63,579 nt of DNA, filler included, from Octopus bimaculoides (GCF_001194135.2; 4 parts of 4 records of this genome joined end to end with filler, not necessarily neighbours in it); one strand, 5' to 3'. Positions 1 through 14,598 are shown, counted from the whole stretch's first letter. Notes: generated by a model not told the origin, from the letters alone. Program-made: numbers and translations.

Positions 1-64
<64 letters not shown>

Positions 65-2091
65 GTAATAGTAATAGTAATAATAGTTGTCATAGTCATA
101 GTAATGTTAATAGAGATGACTGGAAGTAAGGTTAATGATGGTAAATGTAATAGTGTACGTAAGAAATTGATAGAAATAAAACTTGTAGTTGGTGTAGTCA
201 CCTGTTTTTTGTATTTGTTTTTATTGTTGGTTATTATTTTTTTTATTTTTCGGTGTTGGTAGTAAAAATATAACTAAACTAGTAAACAAATATGGAGAAT
301 GGATTTGTGTGGGAGACAGAGAAGAAAAGGATGATGAGACTGAAAGAAAAGATGCAATGAAGGAAAAAAAAAAGGAAGGGTAGAAATAGGAGTGAAAGAG
401 AGAGTAAAGAAGGAAAAAAAACAGCAGAAAGGAGGGAATGAAGAAGAGGGAACTAATTCTGGAGGTGTACAAAGTAAGCAGAAAGAAAAGGAGAGAGAGA
501 GAAAGGGGAGGGTTAACAAGAGACATAGACATTTAGAGAGAGAAGGAGATAAAGAGTGAGAGGAAAAGAGAGAGACACAGATAGAGAGAGACTCAGATAA
601 GTAGTGAAAAGTAGAAAGGAAGAAAGACAAGGCTTACATAGTTACATATACATATATATATATATATATATATANNNNNNNNNNNNNNNNNNNNNNNNNN
701 NNNNNNNNNNNNNNNNNNNNNNNNNNNNNNNNNNNNNNNNNNNNNNNNNNNNNNNNNNNNNNNNNNNNNNNNNNNNNNNNNNNNNNNNNNNNNNNNNNNN
801 NNNNNNNNNNNNNNNNNNNNNNNNNNNNNNNNNNNNNNNNNNNNNNNNNNNNNNNNNNNNNNNNNNNNNNNNNNNNNNNNNNNNNNNNNNNNNNNNNNNN
901 NNNNNNNNNNNNNNNNNNNNNNNNNNNNNNNNNNNNNNNNNNNNNNNNNNNNNNNNNNNNNNNNNNNNNNNNNNNNNNNNNNNNNNNNNNNNNNNNNNNN
1001 NNNNNNNNNNNNNNNNNNNNNNNNNNNNNNNNNNNNNNNNNNNNNNNNNNNNNNNNNNNNNNNNNNNNNNNNNNNNNNNNNNNNNNNNNNNNNNNNNNNN
1101 NNNNNNNNNNNNNNNNNNNNNNNNNNNNNNNNNNNNNNNNNNNNNNNNNNNNNNNNNNNNNNNNNNNNNNNNNNNNNNNNNNNNNNNNNNNNNNNNNNNN
1201 NNNNNNNNNNNNNNATATATATATATATATACACACAAACATCGCCAATGTTTTTCTTTTTGTTATCTTTTATTTAGTGCCCCTTTTATATCCTATACTT
1301 TTTCTGTCTAAAGTTCTATTCTGATTTCTTACATTATCTAAATTTTCATAGCTACTTCGAGAAGTTAATTCTGTTGTAGTCTAATGTTATATTTAGATCT
1401 GTGCCAGTCACTCCGAATATGACCCAATATATTGCCGTAATTTCGTTTTCTGGTGAATTGGTTGCTGTAAAATACACATGTAAAATAAAAACACATTCGT
1501 TTTCAGTACTAAAGAAGTAACGTCAATTTGCTTATTTACATCATAATTTTATTTGCGAATCGTTTCATTTATTTATGTTAGTGTCAAATTTTTCGTGCTC
1601 CAATTTCTACATATTTTGTGCATCAAATCCAAAATACGCGTTTCTTTTTATTTATACATTGGTTTGGACGATACGATTTTATTTTTATGGTTCATCATTT
1701 AATATGTGGGTGGAGACTGAATCGGTTTGTTGTTGGTCTTTCATTAGTTTGTTTACAAGTGGTTTCCGAACACCAGCTAATACAGACATTTGTTATATGT
1801 TAATTGTCTCAAGTAAAGGTTAATCGATTAATTGTCTTTATTGTTTATGTAAGATTTGATTGGTTTATTATAAAATGTCAATGGCTATGTTTTGTAGCAA
1901 TCTCACAATATTTTCTTATCGTTAGACAGTCGGACAAAATGCCTTGCAGTGATTTTTTTTTTCCAGTTTTACTCTCTGATATCGAATTCCTCCTTTCAAG
2001 ACCAATAAAATATAGTACTAGTCAAGGGCTGTGATGGATAGCATCGACGAAATCCCTCCCCACTCAACATTCCTAGCTTGGTACCCACGTC

Positions 2092-2197
<106 letters not shown>

Positions 2198-2202
2198 GTA
2201 AC

Positions 2203-2935
2203 AATATAGAAAGGGTTGAGGTAATTCCTCCTGAAGATATGGTGTCAAAATTAAAAGAAGAGTGCCATTTGTTATCTTGTGAACGATATTCTATTGATAA
2301 AAGAGCAGTGTCAACTTTGTGCAGATTATATGAAAATTCCCGAAACAGAATTATTGGATGCTGAAAACAGACCCAAAAGGAGTACAGAGACGCCATGACA
2401 AAGTGGCATTGCGATTGCACTGGGAATTGAGCAAGAATCACTGCCTAGAATGTTCCAACAAGTTATATGAGCACCAACTTTTATACCAGTAGCAGAGAGT
2501 GATCAGATGTAACTCACATGGATATACAAATCTACACGGGTAAGAAACTGCAATATAACCAACCAGGTATCACTCCTCAACAAAAGATTTTAAAGAATGG
2601 ACCTTCATCGACAAAGCCATACCTGTAGACAAGAATATTGTGAAGAGAGAAAGAACGAAAAATTAGAAAAGTACCAAGACCTAGTTCTCAAAATAAAACG
2701 CATCCGCAGAGATAAAGAGATGACTGTGATAGCTATTGTGATCTGAGCACATGGGACCGTCTCAAAGGAAGCCATGTTCCGACATGTAAAGCTGAAAATA
2801 TTGAACTTTGTAGGAAGTTAACAAGCGACAGCAATACTGAGAACAGCATGTCTGCTGAGGAAAGTGCTTCGTTTTTTCTTTTTTTTTTAGAGAGACGAAT
2901 TTGTTGAATGAGGTGACTCCCTCCGAAAACTTTCA
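2203..2935 (+). mobile_element. 5'-truncated, degraded R4/Dong-like non-LTR retrotransposon (restriction-like endonuclease end)
   Basis: Frameshifted translation gives QKEYR-RHDKVALRLHWELSK...FIDKAIPVDKNIVKRK.EKLEKYQDL...ACLLRKVL, matching the RH..HW, endonuclease and C-terminal motifs of R2/R4-type elements. It starts directly after (TAG)n(TAA)n at 2092-2200. Confidence 0.8.
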
Positions 2936-5225
2936 TTATATTCCTTTTTTCTTATATTATTGATCCCCTGGGAGTAATGAAAGCGGATATTATCATTGAT
3001 GAAATTTGAACTCAAAATCTGTAGAAAGTAAATCCTAAATTGTAAAGCACTTAATTTGAAGTACTGAAGCCTCGGTGAACTCCACTGCTCTCTGCAATTA
3101 ATATTACCGATCAGACATTAATAAGGTAATAGAATTTCAAGCAAATAGTTTCGAGATTATTTTTGTATCACACATAGAAATATATATCGATTACACTCCG
3201 CCACCTTCCCCTGAATACAAAAGTCATTTTGAATGAGAGTTAATTGCCTAAAATGCAATAATACATTTCTGTTCGAAAATATTAAATATCGTATTGGTGG
3301 TGATGCATTTCAATAATTCATTTTCGATAACTACTATTGATAAATTGACTCATAATATCTTGGCAAAGTGAGAAAGCTTTTATTAATAAATTACAATGAT
3401 AAGGAATAAAGATTATTCTTGATATTTTCTGCGTTTGAGGTTAGTAATATCAACTTTGACAGTTAATTCCAGCTAAATATTGCTGTTAACTTCCCCAAAA
3501 TACAACATATCAATTGATTTTCTTCCATTGGAGTATTAAATGGGGGGTGGGTGTTTGGAAGATCTTAGCTAGCTATTGTTTTTGGCCTTCATCAAGCATG
3601 ACATTGAATTGTCGCCAACTGGCATTTTTCCAGTGTTGCGAAAAGTTCCCATGAAATAAATGTATTGTGTTGATCTGTGATTAATGAAGTCACTCAGTGA
3701 ATCCATAAGTCCACCAATGAGCGTTCGGGTGACTGCCTTTCTTCAATATATTTATTATTTATTTTTAGTTTTTTTTTTTATTCATCTTTTCTCCAAATAG
3801 TTTTTCACCTCTATACAATGCTAATCTCTATAACTTTTAGCTTTCGTGACACAATGAAATATATTCTGAAGAAAATTTTACCATTTCCTTAGCCTCATGG
3901 GAACAGGCAAAATCACTTAGGACAAAACACAGACAGTGAGTGAGAAGATAATAATTTTCTTGCTACTCACAGACAATGAATTCCATTGTGCAAGCTTACC
4001 ATTCTCACACATTTCTAAAATATTTTCTTTCTCGTATGCACTATTTGCAACGAAACTTCTTTTTGCCACAAACCTAAAATTGCCGATTCGCTTCTCCATC
4101 CATCTCAAAAATATAAAGATTTGTAGAATCTAATTTCTTCAATCACATTTCCTTCAATGACTCTCATCGACCACTATTAAAGCTTTTCTTATCTCGGAAG
4201 ACAAACAATTTGTAACATTTACTACTTCAGTGTGTTATAATCTCTCCAGAGGTGGAAGCCAGCACAAAAAGATAGGTCCTTAGCAATGCACAGGCTGCGC
4301 AGAACCAAGTCTCATTTCTGCAGACCCTCTTTCTGAATTGCAGGCATAAATCATTTTCCAGGGAATACTTATGCATTTCTAAACTTAGAATGAGTTTCAA
4401 CTCTGTGGTCTGAAAGCTCATTCTAGTTGTCAGGAAAGAATCGTGCTCGCCATTCCAAAATTTTATAAATTCCTTTCTTCTATGAATTCTCTGACTGAGA
4501 AGGCAGCGAATTGCTACAACCTTTAGGTCATTAACTATAATGCTTTACGCTATTTGTTCTGGTTGGATGTGCTGTGAGTTCAAATCACACCAAAACCAAC
4601 TTTACACTTCATCCCTTCGAAATTGGTAAACAGAGTTCAAGCCAAGTTTGCCGGTTGATTCCACTTCTCTGTCTTCTTTCTTTATCTGTCCAAGAATCAA
4701 ATATGTGAAAGTACCAAGAAAAGAAAAGAGTTGAGATCATAGTACCACTAACTCTTTTACCACCACTCTGAAGACATTTAAAATAAGAAAAGTGTTTCAT
4801 TGGAATAGCTCCAAATACTGTTACAGTCTGTCTGGATCGTTAGGTTAAACATATTTTAAAGTACTTCCACCATGTTTGATAACCAATGATTTTAAGTTTT
4901 AGAAATGTCATTATTTAGATGTTGCTGTTGTTCCTGCTTATTCCAGGTAACCCCTGGTCGAGGAGGCCTATAACAAAAGGTGTTCCAAACATTATCTTTT
5001 CTCACATTCAGTGTAAGTTGAACTACAGTATCGGGACTGTAGTCTCTAGATCTCATTCCGATGACGGGCAAATTTATCCAAGTCACATCATTCTATCTAA
5101 ATTACAGAACATAGTGCAATCCTTGGAATACAAAAACAAAGGAATGTTACAAACCGGAAGTCTTTTAGAAAATTATTATTTTTAAATCTCACAACGAGAG
5201 ATATTCAGCAACGGTAGTTTGGAGT

Positions 5226-5290
5226 AAAGATTGTTTACCAACATAATATGGCAGACCTGGTTTAGGATGAATGTTGCTGTAATTTAGCCC
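5226..5290 (+). repeat. Unclassified dispersed repeat (second copy at 58994-59058)
   Basis: aaagattgtttaccaacataatatggcagacctggtttaggatgaatgttgctgtaattt versus aaagattgtttgccaacataacacggcagtcctggtttaggactaatgttgctgtaattt. Confidence 0.75.
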
Positions 5291-6776
5291 AATGAGACGT
5301 CGTCTCCAGCTGGCTATACGACATGATCTGTGTCCTTATATTTTCGAACAAGACAGAAATTCAGGATTTCGTTTCATTAAAAATTACATTATTTGGGGGA
5401 AATCTATTTGTTAGCAAGGAAATGACAGATATGGACAATCTTAACAAGAGCACTCAGAAAGCGCAAACCTCCGCCAAGGCTACACCAACGTCTTCTCAAC
5501 GATTAACCAGAGATGATTTTTAAAATGAGAATAGCTGAAATAAACTCGACTGGTCTCAAATACTGAATAATAAAACAGCATATATGCATATATAATGTAT
5601 ATTTTCCACACACGCACACACACGCACGCACGCACGCACGCACGCACACACACATTCGCTCACCCGAAATATTAAGTCATGGAATAATTATTCTTGGCCA
5701 TACTTTCACACAAAAGTACATCCGTGCCGCCATATGCTGTAAATCACATACAACCACCATGTGCATATGCGTGAATGTATCCATGTGCAGACGCACACGC
5801 ACAGGCGTGCGTATATACATATCAACATATACGCATACGCATGCGCCTTAAATGTCTCAGAATGAAGTTTAATAAAACAGATATTGTCACAAACACACGC
5901 ATGACATGGCATACACATACACATGTACACGTGCCGGCTACATAGAGAAACACATATGCATACATATAGAGAGACACAATACCAGCCTCTATATATGTCT
6001 GTTTGTCTCTGTCTCTCTCTCTCTCTCTCCCTCTCTCTCGCTCTCTCTCTGTCTATCTAGCTATCTAGCTAGCTATCTCTATCTCGTTTTCTCTCTCTCT
6101 CTTTCTCTAAATATATATATATACACATATATATATACACATACACACGCACACATATATATACATATACATATATATAAATATGTATGTATGTATATAT
6201 CGTTCTTTCTCTCTCCAACTATCTACCTCTATCTCGTTATCTCTCTCTCTCTCTCTGTCCCGCTCACACAAGCCCACATACACCTATACATACATGTACT
6301 CACACGACCACATAGACACGTACATAGTGAAGCAGTAAAAAAATTCATTTGCATATTTGATTTGTTTAGCAGTTTTAATTACTTGAACACCTTGGCAGGG
6401 GGTCTGGAAAAGAGCGAAGTTTTGGAACCATAGAAATAGTGAAAAAGAGAGAATGTCTACCTGGTTTTTAAACACCCCCAACCCACCCACGCACACAGTA
6501 TCATCATCCGTGTCATCATCGTCGTCACCGCCACCATTGACTGCACTCGATCCCACCCCCAAAACCACCACCACCACCACCACTACCGACAACAACAACA
6601 ACAACAGTGACAGTATTCGTTCCGTCAGCATTAACACTTCCATCTGCATCATCCCCAGCAATATCTGTACCTGCCTCCTTCTCATCATCATCATCATCAC
6701 CACTTGTCATTTGAAAAATTACTCATGAATAATGCAGATAAAATAGCAAAACTATACCTTTCCCTTCACCATCCAC

Positions 6777-6831
<55 letters not shown>

Positions 6832-6905
6832 AAATAATGATAATAATAATAATGATAATAATGAAAATAATAATAAAATAAATAATAATAATAATAATAA
6901 TAATG

Positions 6906-6951
<46 letters not shown>

Positions 6952-6975
6952 AAATAATAATAATAATGGTTTCAA

Positions 6976-7171
6976 ATTTTGGCACAAGGGCAGCAGCTTT
7001 GGGGGAGGGGATGAGTCGATGTAATTGACCCCAGTAGGCAACTGATAATTATTTTGTCGACCTCGAAAGGATGAAAGGCAAAGTCGACCTCGGTGGAATT
7101 TAAACTCAGAACGTGAAGACGGACGAAATACCGCTAAGCATTTCGCCCGGCATGCTAACGTTTCTGCCCGT
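6976..7171 (-). mobile_element. SINE family A (tRNA-like head, (TTA)n tail), near full length
   Basis: Reverse complement reads gggcagaaacgttagcatgccgggcgaaatgcttagcggtatttcgtcc...ctgagtttaaattccaccgaggtcgactttgcc...ccttgtgccaaaa, with A/B-box-like motifs. (AAT)n flanks both sides, and many copies in the window align by eye. Confidence 0.9.
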
Positions 7172-7190
7172 AATAATAATGATGATGATG

Positions 7191-7242
<52 letters not shown>

Positions 7243-8974
7243 TGATGATGATGATAATCTTAATGCTAAAATATGTATATTATTTACTGTATCGAATGTG
7301 TTTTCTTCGTGTTCAGTCTCATCGTTTACATTACACATATATGCATGTATACAGACACACATACAAGCATAAATCAATGCATGTATATTCATACAGATAT
7401 ATATATATATANNNNNNNNNNNNNNNNNNNNNNNNNNTATATATACCCGCATATTCGTATGTGTATGTATACATACATAAGTGCGTATATATATATATAT
7501 ATATGTTTGTGTGTGTGTGTGTGTGTGTTTGTATACATGCATACAAATGGACAAACGTACATGCTTTTATACACGCAAATACATGGGCGAATATTCACAC
7601 AGCACACATACGCACGCACATATAATTGGACTGAAAGTGCCAAATATCATTATCGTTTCAATAAACTAATAATTTTAATCAGAAAAAACACATGACGAAA
7701 TATATCATTACCTTATGTCTATATATTTTATTGATTTTCCAAGTATTAATTTCACTATTTTAGAATGAATTCAGACACCAGACTGCAAGAACACAAATTA
7801 TTTTCGAAAATGGTTAAAGTGCAATAGAAACTTCTTTCTAAGACCAAATCATACAATTATGGTGATTAACCAGCCATTTTAGAGAAAAAGGAATAAGATT
7901 CACGTGACCTAAAAATACCATTCCACAAATTTTAATAATTCAGAATCGATTGATTTTATTTTTAATGCTTTTGTTTATAATCATGTGAAACGTAATGAAA
8001 CAAAGAAATCTTCTGTGGTTGTAATCAGCATGGGCAGAATAATCTGCATATGTATTGTTTAGGAATTCAAGAAGGTCAACGCAGACGACTAAAAAAACGC
8101 ATGGCGAATTACATTTGAATTTTGCATTTCTAGTTAGTTTTACTTTATCGTGCCTCCCTTTTCGAGTGATAGTCGCACAGACCTTAGATTATCATACCCA
8201 ATATCTTGTGTCTTAATGATACTTGTATGAGCAGCAGCATGCTCTTTAGGGGAGGCAAACTGGAGTGTGCCATTTGTTAGGAGCGTTCGTCGAACGGTGA
8301 AACAGTCTGTCGGGAGATTCATCACTTTTCTCGCGCGTCAAAAGAATGCAAGTGGTATGTTTGCAATTTTATTTCCTTCACACTACTGATTCCAAGACTC
8401 TTGCTTCTGAAATGTAAAAGTTTTTTGTTTTGTAAATCTTTCTGCATTATTTTAGAAGCTTTCATTATTAAAGTCGGTGCCCCAGCATGGCCGCCGTCTG
8501 AGGACTGAAAACAAGTAAAAGTTAAACAGATGCATACATACTTTTTCCTGCATGCATACACGCATGCATACACACACCTACCTACCTACCTACATGCATG
8601 CATACATACACATACATTCACACACATACATACATGCATTCATACATGCATACATACACATTTACATATATGCATACATACATGCATCCATACATGCATC
8701 CATACATGCATCCATACATGCATCCATACATGCATACATACGTAAACACACATACATGGATTCATACATATACACAGATACACGCATACACATATATACA
8801 GACTCATACATACACACTCATACATACATACGTAGGTACGTACATACATACACACGTCAATGATATTATCTAGTGCTATTAGCAGCTGTGATAAATTTCT
8901 TTAAATTATAACGCCATTATACATAACCCTCAACCTGTCACGGTAAGCCCAATTAACACCACGTCCAAAGCCTT

Positions 8975-9021
<47 letters not shown>

Positions 9022-9789
9022 NNNNNNNNNNNNNNNNNNNNNNNNNNNNNNNNNNNNNNNNNNNNNNNNNNNNNNNNNNNNNNNNNNNNNNNNNNNNNNN
9101 NNNNNNNNNNNNNNNNNNNNNNNNNNNNNNNNNNNNNNNNNNNNNNNNNNNNNNNNNNNNNNNNNNNNNNNNNNNNNNNNNNNNNNNNNNNNNNNNNNNN
9201 NNNNNNNNNNNNNNNNNNNNNNNNNNNNNNNNNNNNNNNNNNNNNNNNNNNNNNNNNNNNNNNNNNNNNNNNNNNNNNNNNNNNNNNNNNNNNNNNNNNN
9301 NNNNNNNNNNNNNNNNNNNNNNNNNNNNNNNNNNNNNNNNNNNNNNNNNNNNNNNNNNNNNNNNNNNNNNNNNNNNNNNNNNNNNNNNNNNNNNNNNNNN
9401 NNNNNNNNNNNNNNNNNNNNNNNNNNNNNNNNNNNNNNNNNNNNNNNNNNNNNNNNNNNNNNNNNNNNNNNNNNNNNNNNNNNNNNNNNNNNNNNNNNNN
9501 NNNNNNNNNNNNNNNNNNNNNNNNNNNNNNNNNNNNNNNNNNNNNNNNNNNNNNNNNNNNNNNNNNNNNNNNNNNNNNNNNNNNNNNNNNNNNNNNNNNN
9601 NNNNNNNNNNNNNNNNNNNNNNNNNNNNNNNNNNNNNNNNNNNNNNNNNNNNNNNNNNNNNNNNNNNNNNNNNNNNNNNNNNNNNNNNNNNNNNNNNNNN
9701 NNNNNNNNNNNNNNNNNNNNNNNNATATATATATATATATATATATATACGTTTATATGTGTATAGGTATGTATACATGTATCTACGTC

Positions 9790-9857
<68 letters not shown>

Positions 9858-10844
9858 CACACAAATATATATTCTTACACATACACATCGACATATATAT
9901 ATATGTGTATGTTTGCTTGTAGATATGTATGCATGTATGTATACATATCTGCATACATATATGCATTTATATGCATATATATGCATATATATGCATGTAT
10001 ACGTACATACATATATACATATATACAATAAACACACTTTCACACATACACACATATACATATACATATACACGCATGAACGACCAAAAAAAAATATGCG
10101 CTGATTTTGTGTTGGATGAACATGAGGACATATTGGTTGACGGTAGGCATTGGAAGTAGAATGAATTTATTGTGAACATATTAAGAAAGTATTCATTGAA
10201 CTGCATTCCTGAGAGAAACCTGATCGGTTCAGGGGATAGAAACATGTTCGATAATTCAATCAGCGTAAGGACAATGGCAAAACAGCAGGACATTAAATAT
10301 TACATTAGCACATATTGAAACCACGTATAATAACGCAGAAGCGATAGTTACGAGAGTTAAAATGGCCGTAGATTGTACATCAGATAAAAAAAAATATGTA
10401 TATATATACATACAGTCGAAGAAATAACGATTTTAGCTTCGATGCAAAGTTAGTCTTGCGACAAGACAGTCGTTTTTCTTTCATTTTATATTTTTTGTTA
10501 ATATTATATGAATTCTCCATTAGTTTTTTTTTTTTTTTTTTTTTTTTTTGTTATTTTTCTGTTGCTGCTGTTGTAAAGTTTGTTTTTAAGCTGCTTTTCA
10601 AACCTGATCGGGTAGACATTTTGTCTAAAATTATTCCATTGGTGACCATCCCATCATTTCGGAGATATGTACAACTATGTTACTCCAGTGCATCCGTAAC
10701 TTTATTTCAAATTGTCGGGTCAGGCGTGGTAAAGAGGGCTAATATTGATTTTCTGAGTGAGTGTGGGTTTTGTTTTCGTATCGCAAGTGCATCCTGTAAA
10801 TTACTGAGGTCAAAATCGATAAAACAGAGACAAAGAGACAGATA

Positions 10845-11400
10845 TTCTTTTCCTACTCTAGGCACGGGGCCTGAAATTTTTTGGAGAGGGGGCCAGTCGA
10901 TTAGATCGACCCCAGTACGCAACTGGTACTTAATTTATCGACCCCTAAAGGATGAAAGGCAAAGTCGACCTCGGCGGAATTTGAACTCGGAACGTAAAGA
11001 CAGACAAGACAAAGAGACAGATATTGGTGAATCGATATCTGTCCAGCAGATCTAGAAAAGATGAGAGTCAAAGTCAACCTCATTGAATTCAGAGCTGAGA
11101 GAACCGGAAACAATGTCACTTAAGCATTCTTGTCCGATGCGCAAGCGATTCTGTCAGATCTCTGCATTCCTGACTGCCAAATTATTTCTACTATAGACCT
11201 TAGTCCTGAAATTGTTTGGGGAGGGAGCTAATGGATCATATCGACCCCAGGACTTGGACTAGTACTAGTACTTTACTCGTCGACCCCAAAGGAAAGAAAG
11301 ACAAAGTCGACCTCATTGGTAGTTGAATTCAGAGCTTAGAGAGCCGGAAGAAATTTCGCCTAAACATTTTATTCGGTGCCCTAACGATTCTGTCAGCTCC
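10845..11400 (-). mobile_element. Tandem SINE-A copies (one young 3' part, one duplicated head, one diverged full copy)
   Basis: Repeated gtcgacctc/ggcggaatttgaactc modules at ~10960, ~11075 and ~11305. Tails tctttt(c)ctact..aggcac at 10845 and 11182. Confidence 0.85.
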
Positions 11401-12586
11401 CTTCATTCCGTGTCTGCTAATATACACGCTAAGAATTTAAAATTGAACTGAAAACGTACGAATTTAGAAAGCAGTTCTTGTAAGAATATAAAAAAATATT
11501 TTTCGTCTGCATTTCAATTTTTTTTATATTAAATTGTATATCCATTCGGCTAATTTACACGTTTCACATTAATGTGTGAGATGGAAGAGGGGTACGGCGC
11601 AGTCGCAACAGTTACAATTGTATGACATACAATTATCAACGTTTTTTTGAAACCCATAATTAAGAAATTTAATCTACAGGGGAAAAGTAATAATAATTGT
11701 AGGCCAATAAAAAATATTTTGTAAAGATCATGACTATTATTAATTGAACAGACACACACATAGGTACGTACACACACGCGCACATAAACTCAACACATGC
11801 ACATACACAAACATACATTGACACAGCCACAATAATTCTATCCACGATCAAGTATTGTTATAATGACTATATGAAGAAGCAATTGAAGTCGTCGGCGTGG
11901 GAATAGGAGTGGTGGTGGGGAAATAAATACAGAAGTATTGAAATATAGGTCGACATATAACTACGCATGTTCGAACGACAAACCCCATAATGGCACTGGG
12001 GAATTTCTGCAGCGTCTCACGAGTGTCGGACATCAATATGTCACAACGCAATGTAATCCCATTTGACTGTTCGCCGCTTAGCAACAACTCCAACAACATT
12101 ACAAGCTGTATTAATAATCAATCTTTGAAAAATACATCAATATGTACTTTGCGGTATCAAATATACGTTATGTTTCCGGTGGTTTTTATAAACCTATTTT
12201 TATGATGACATTATGTAAAACAACAGAATATTGTAACAAGAACTGAGCGTTCACCGATTTAATGTTTAGTATTTTGATCCAAATAAGATGCCTGATTAGA
12301 TGTCTCTGGTTTCAAGATGGAGGTCGATAGATTAGTGAAAGGTTAATATGTGAGAGATTAATGTCTTTAAGTTTCGGTGCTGTACTTTTACGGGAAGTTA
12401 ACGTTGTGTGGATATAATGTAAGATTATGGTGGCGGATGCGGAGTTTAATAGTGTACGGTAGCATAGATTTTTACAACAGGTCATAGTAGAGTGTGCACA
12501 GATAAGAACATAGTGAGGTACTCAGGCACATAGACATGTATATATGATATCAGAAGCTTGCTTTATAACAATGCGGTTTCGGGTAT

Positions 12587-12733
12587 AAATACATAGATGT
12601 ACTTGCGAGGTTGAATGTCCGTATTAGAATCAATGAGAAAATTTGTATAAAATGATTTATAGTAACTTTCTCATCTCCCCTCCTCATTGATTCTAATCCG
12701 GACATTCAACCTCGCAAGTACATCTATGTATTT
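12587..12733. repeat. Foldback / MITE-like inverted repeat (51-bp arms, 1 mismatch, 45-nt spacer)
   Basis: Arm 12587-12637 aaatacatagatgtacttgcgaggttgaatgtccgtattagaatcaatgag is the reverse complement of 12683-12733 except for one base. Confidence 0.92.
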
Positions 12734-13243
12734 TTATTTATATGTTTATATGTTTATAAATTTTTCATGTATTTATAAATTCTTATGAATTATCTACCAT
12801 GTCGTATGTATATGAATGTAAATATTTATATTGTGGAGAATTCCGACAATTTGAAATGGATTAAATGAAAATAAATATTGACCGTTGAATTTTGTTTCTA
12901 TCTGCCTTAGTTTTATATTCCCGAAGCTCTATTAGAGCGCTAATTAGCTGTGGTGTATAAAATGGATAATTATACCATCTACTTCTTCATTATTTATGAT
13001 TTTGATTGATTTTGTTTTTTTGTTTTTTTGGCTTATTTTACAGAATATATATAACATTACATTGTCTCATAGTCAGCATAGAGCACATTTTGCTATAGAG
13101 ATCACCAAAGAAATATTAAATGTGCGACGATAAAAAAGTCATGAAATACTCTGCAGTTTATGAAACTTTACAAACCGTTTCACAAACATTTTTCGGTATT
13201 TTCTTGTTATGTGCATAGAGACATGTGCACTAGAATAAATCTA

Positions 13244-13556
13244 CTAAAACTCAGTCGTGTTATATTCGTACGCAGCAGGGAATTCGAGAAAATTCAACGG
13301 TGATCTGGCTTTTCTACATATCGCTGTACAGAAATTATTGTCCGAAGGCATGTGTGTGTGTATGCGTGTGCGTATATACTTGTTCGTACTTACCGTATGT
13401 TTTTCTATCCATGACGAAGCCAGTACACCTGTCGACTAAATCGTATGATTTCCTTTCTGAAGTAAATCTAGATTTATATTGTGATCTATGAGTAGCTTTA
13501 AATCTTTTAGCTTGACGTTTGTTGGAATTTATTGATGTGAAGATTAAGTCTTCTGG
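13244..13556 (-). CDS. Candidate pair of coding exons (13394-13556 and 13244-13323) of an unidentified gene
   Basis: Acceptor tttcttag|, 54 open codons, donor ACG|GTAAGT, a 70-nt intron ending tttctgtacag|, then an in-phase continuation to TAG: PEDLIFTSINSNKRQAKRFKATHRSQYKSRFTSERKSYDLVDRCTGFVMDRKTYAICRKARSPLNFLEFPAAYEYNTTEF*. No homology recognised. Confidence 0.3.
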
Positions 13557-14598
13557 CTAAGAAATTGGCTCTGCTATGGTTGCTATAAAGTTGAATTCGT
13601 TAAAGAACATAGAATATATTTTCCCCTATATTTATGTGCTTCATATGCTTTGAAGACTTAAAAACCGTTATCTCTATAAAACCCGCAGATAATAGAATAA
13701 AATTAATTGTGGATTAAAATTGAAACGCGTGTTTCTGTTTGCTTGTGTGTGTGTGTGTGTGTGCGTGCGTGTGTGTGTTTCTGTCTGTGTGCACATACAC
13801 ACATATGTACATATATATACATACACACACAAGCGCATAAACACGTACGGTTCGCTAGTGCTTTGACCGCTACTCTACACTTCCCATACGTTGCTCCTTA
13901 ACCACATTACATTCCTACGGTCGTTTGCACTCTCTTACTTATTCTGAATATCAGTGTGCATAATTTAATAGGTGATTAAGTTTCAGCTAAAAATGAATAT
14001 TAATGATGAATGTATTTAAAAAATCAGCTAATAACTCAAATTATGAATTATTAATGTCCATTTCTTGAAGCAGCATCCATTTTACAGTCATCCAGCCACC
14101 CAACCATTATGCTCACAACTAAACCAGTCAGTGAAGGAGCCTCTCCACTGTCACTCGACCAGCTAGAAATAACAGCCAAATCTCTCGAATATATGCAGTT
14201 ATAAGTAATTAATAGAAATACATGAAGTGAATATCTTGTGTTCACATACTTTTGAACAACTCTCTATGCAAATCATATTTCTTTGATACGGTTTCGATTT
14301 TTAATAAGAACTTATAAATGTTCGTAACTCATGACATTAGAAGAGTCATAAGTAATGCCCCTTCTTCACTTTTACTGTAGAAGTGTACAGAAACGTGTAC
14401 GTTGTGTGCAGTTTTTGTCATTCTTTGTAAATATGAGCGCATCCATTTGAATAACCGTCACTCAAATGCCATACTGACATTCTAAGCTAATTTCAAAGCT
14501 ATTTTAAATGTGAATTACAATTTTATTATGAAATTAAACGAACAATATCTTCAATTAAATCAATTCTAATTCATCTTTAAAACCTTTTGTGTGCAATT

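Noticed and set aside
593-1311. Long ORFs spanning N-runs (also ~9.0, 16.3, 22.6, 37.1, 38.7, 46.5, 48.2, 57.6 and 58.4 kb)
   Set aside because: They are open only because N codons contain no stops.
4609-4850. QTVTVFGAI motif suggesting an IS630/Tc1 transposase
   Set aside because: No DDE-region motifs or TIRs were found nearby, so the evidence is too thin.
8227-8354. LECAIC*ERSSNGETVCREIHHF..ECKW, superficially like a RING-H2 domain
   Set aside because: There is an in-frame stop and the Cys/His spacing is wrong. It is kept only as a weak exon candidate because of the GTATGT donor.
10630-10800. Minus-strand exon giving GCTC (IL-17-like) if joined to the 13394 donor
   Set aside because: The other cystine-knot cysteines are missing, and a nearer in-phase acceptor at 13323 exists.
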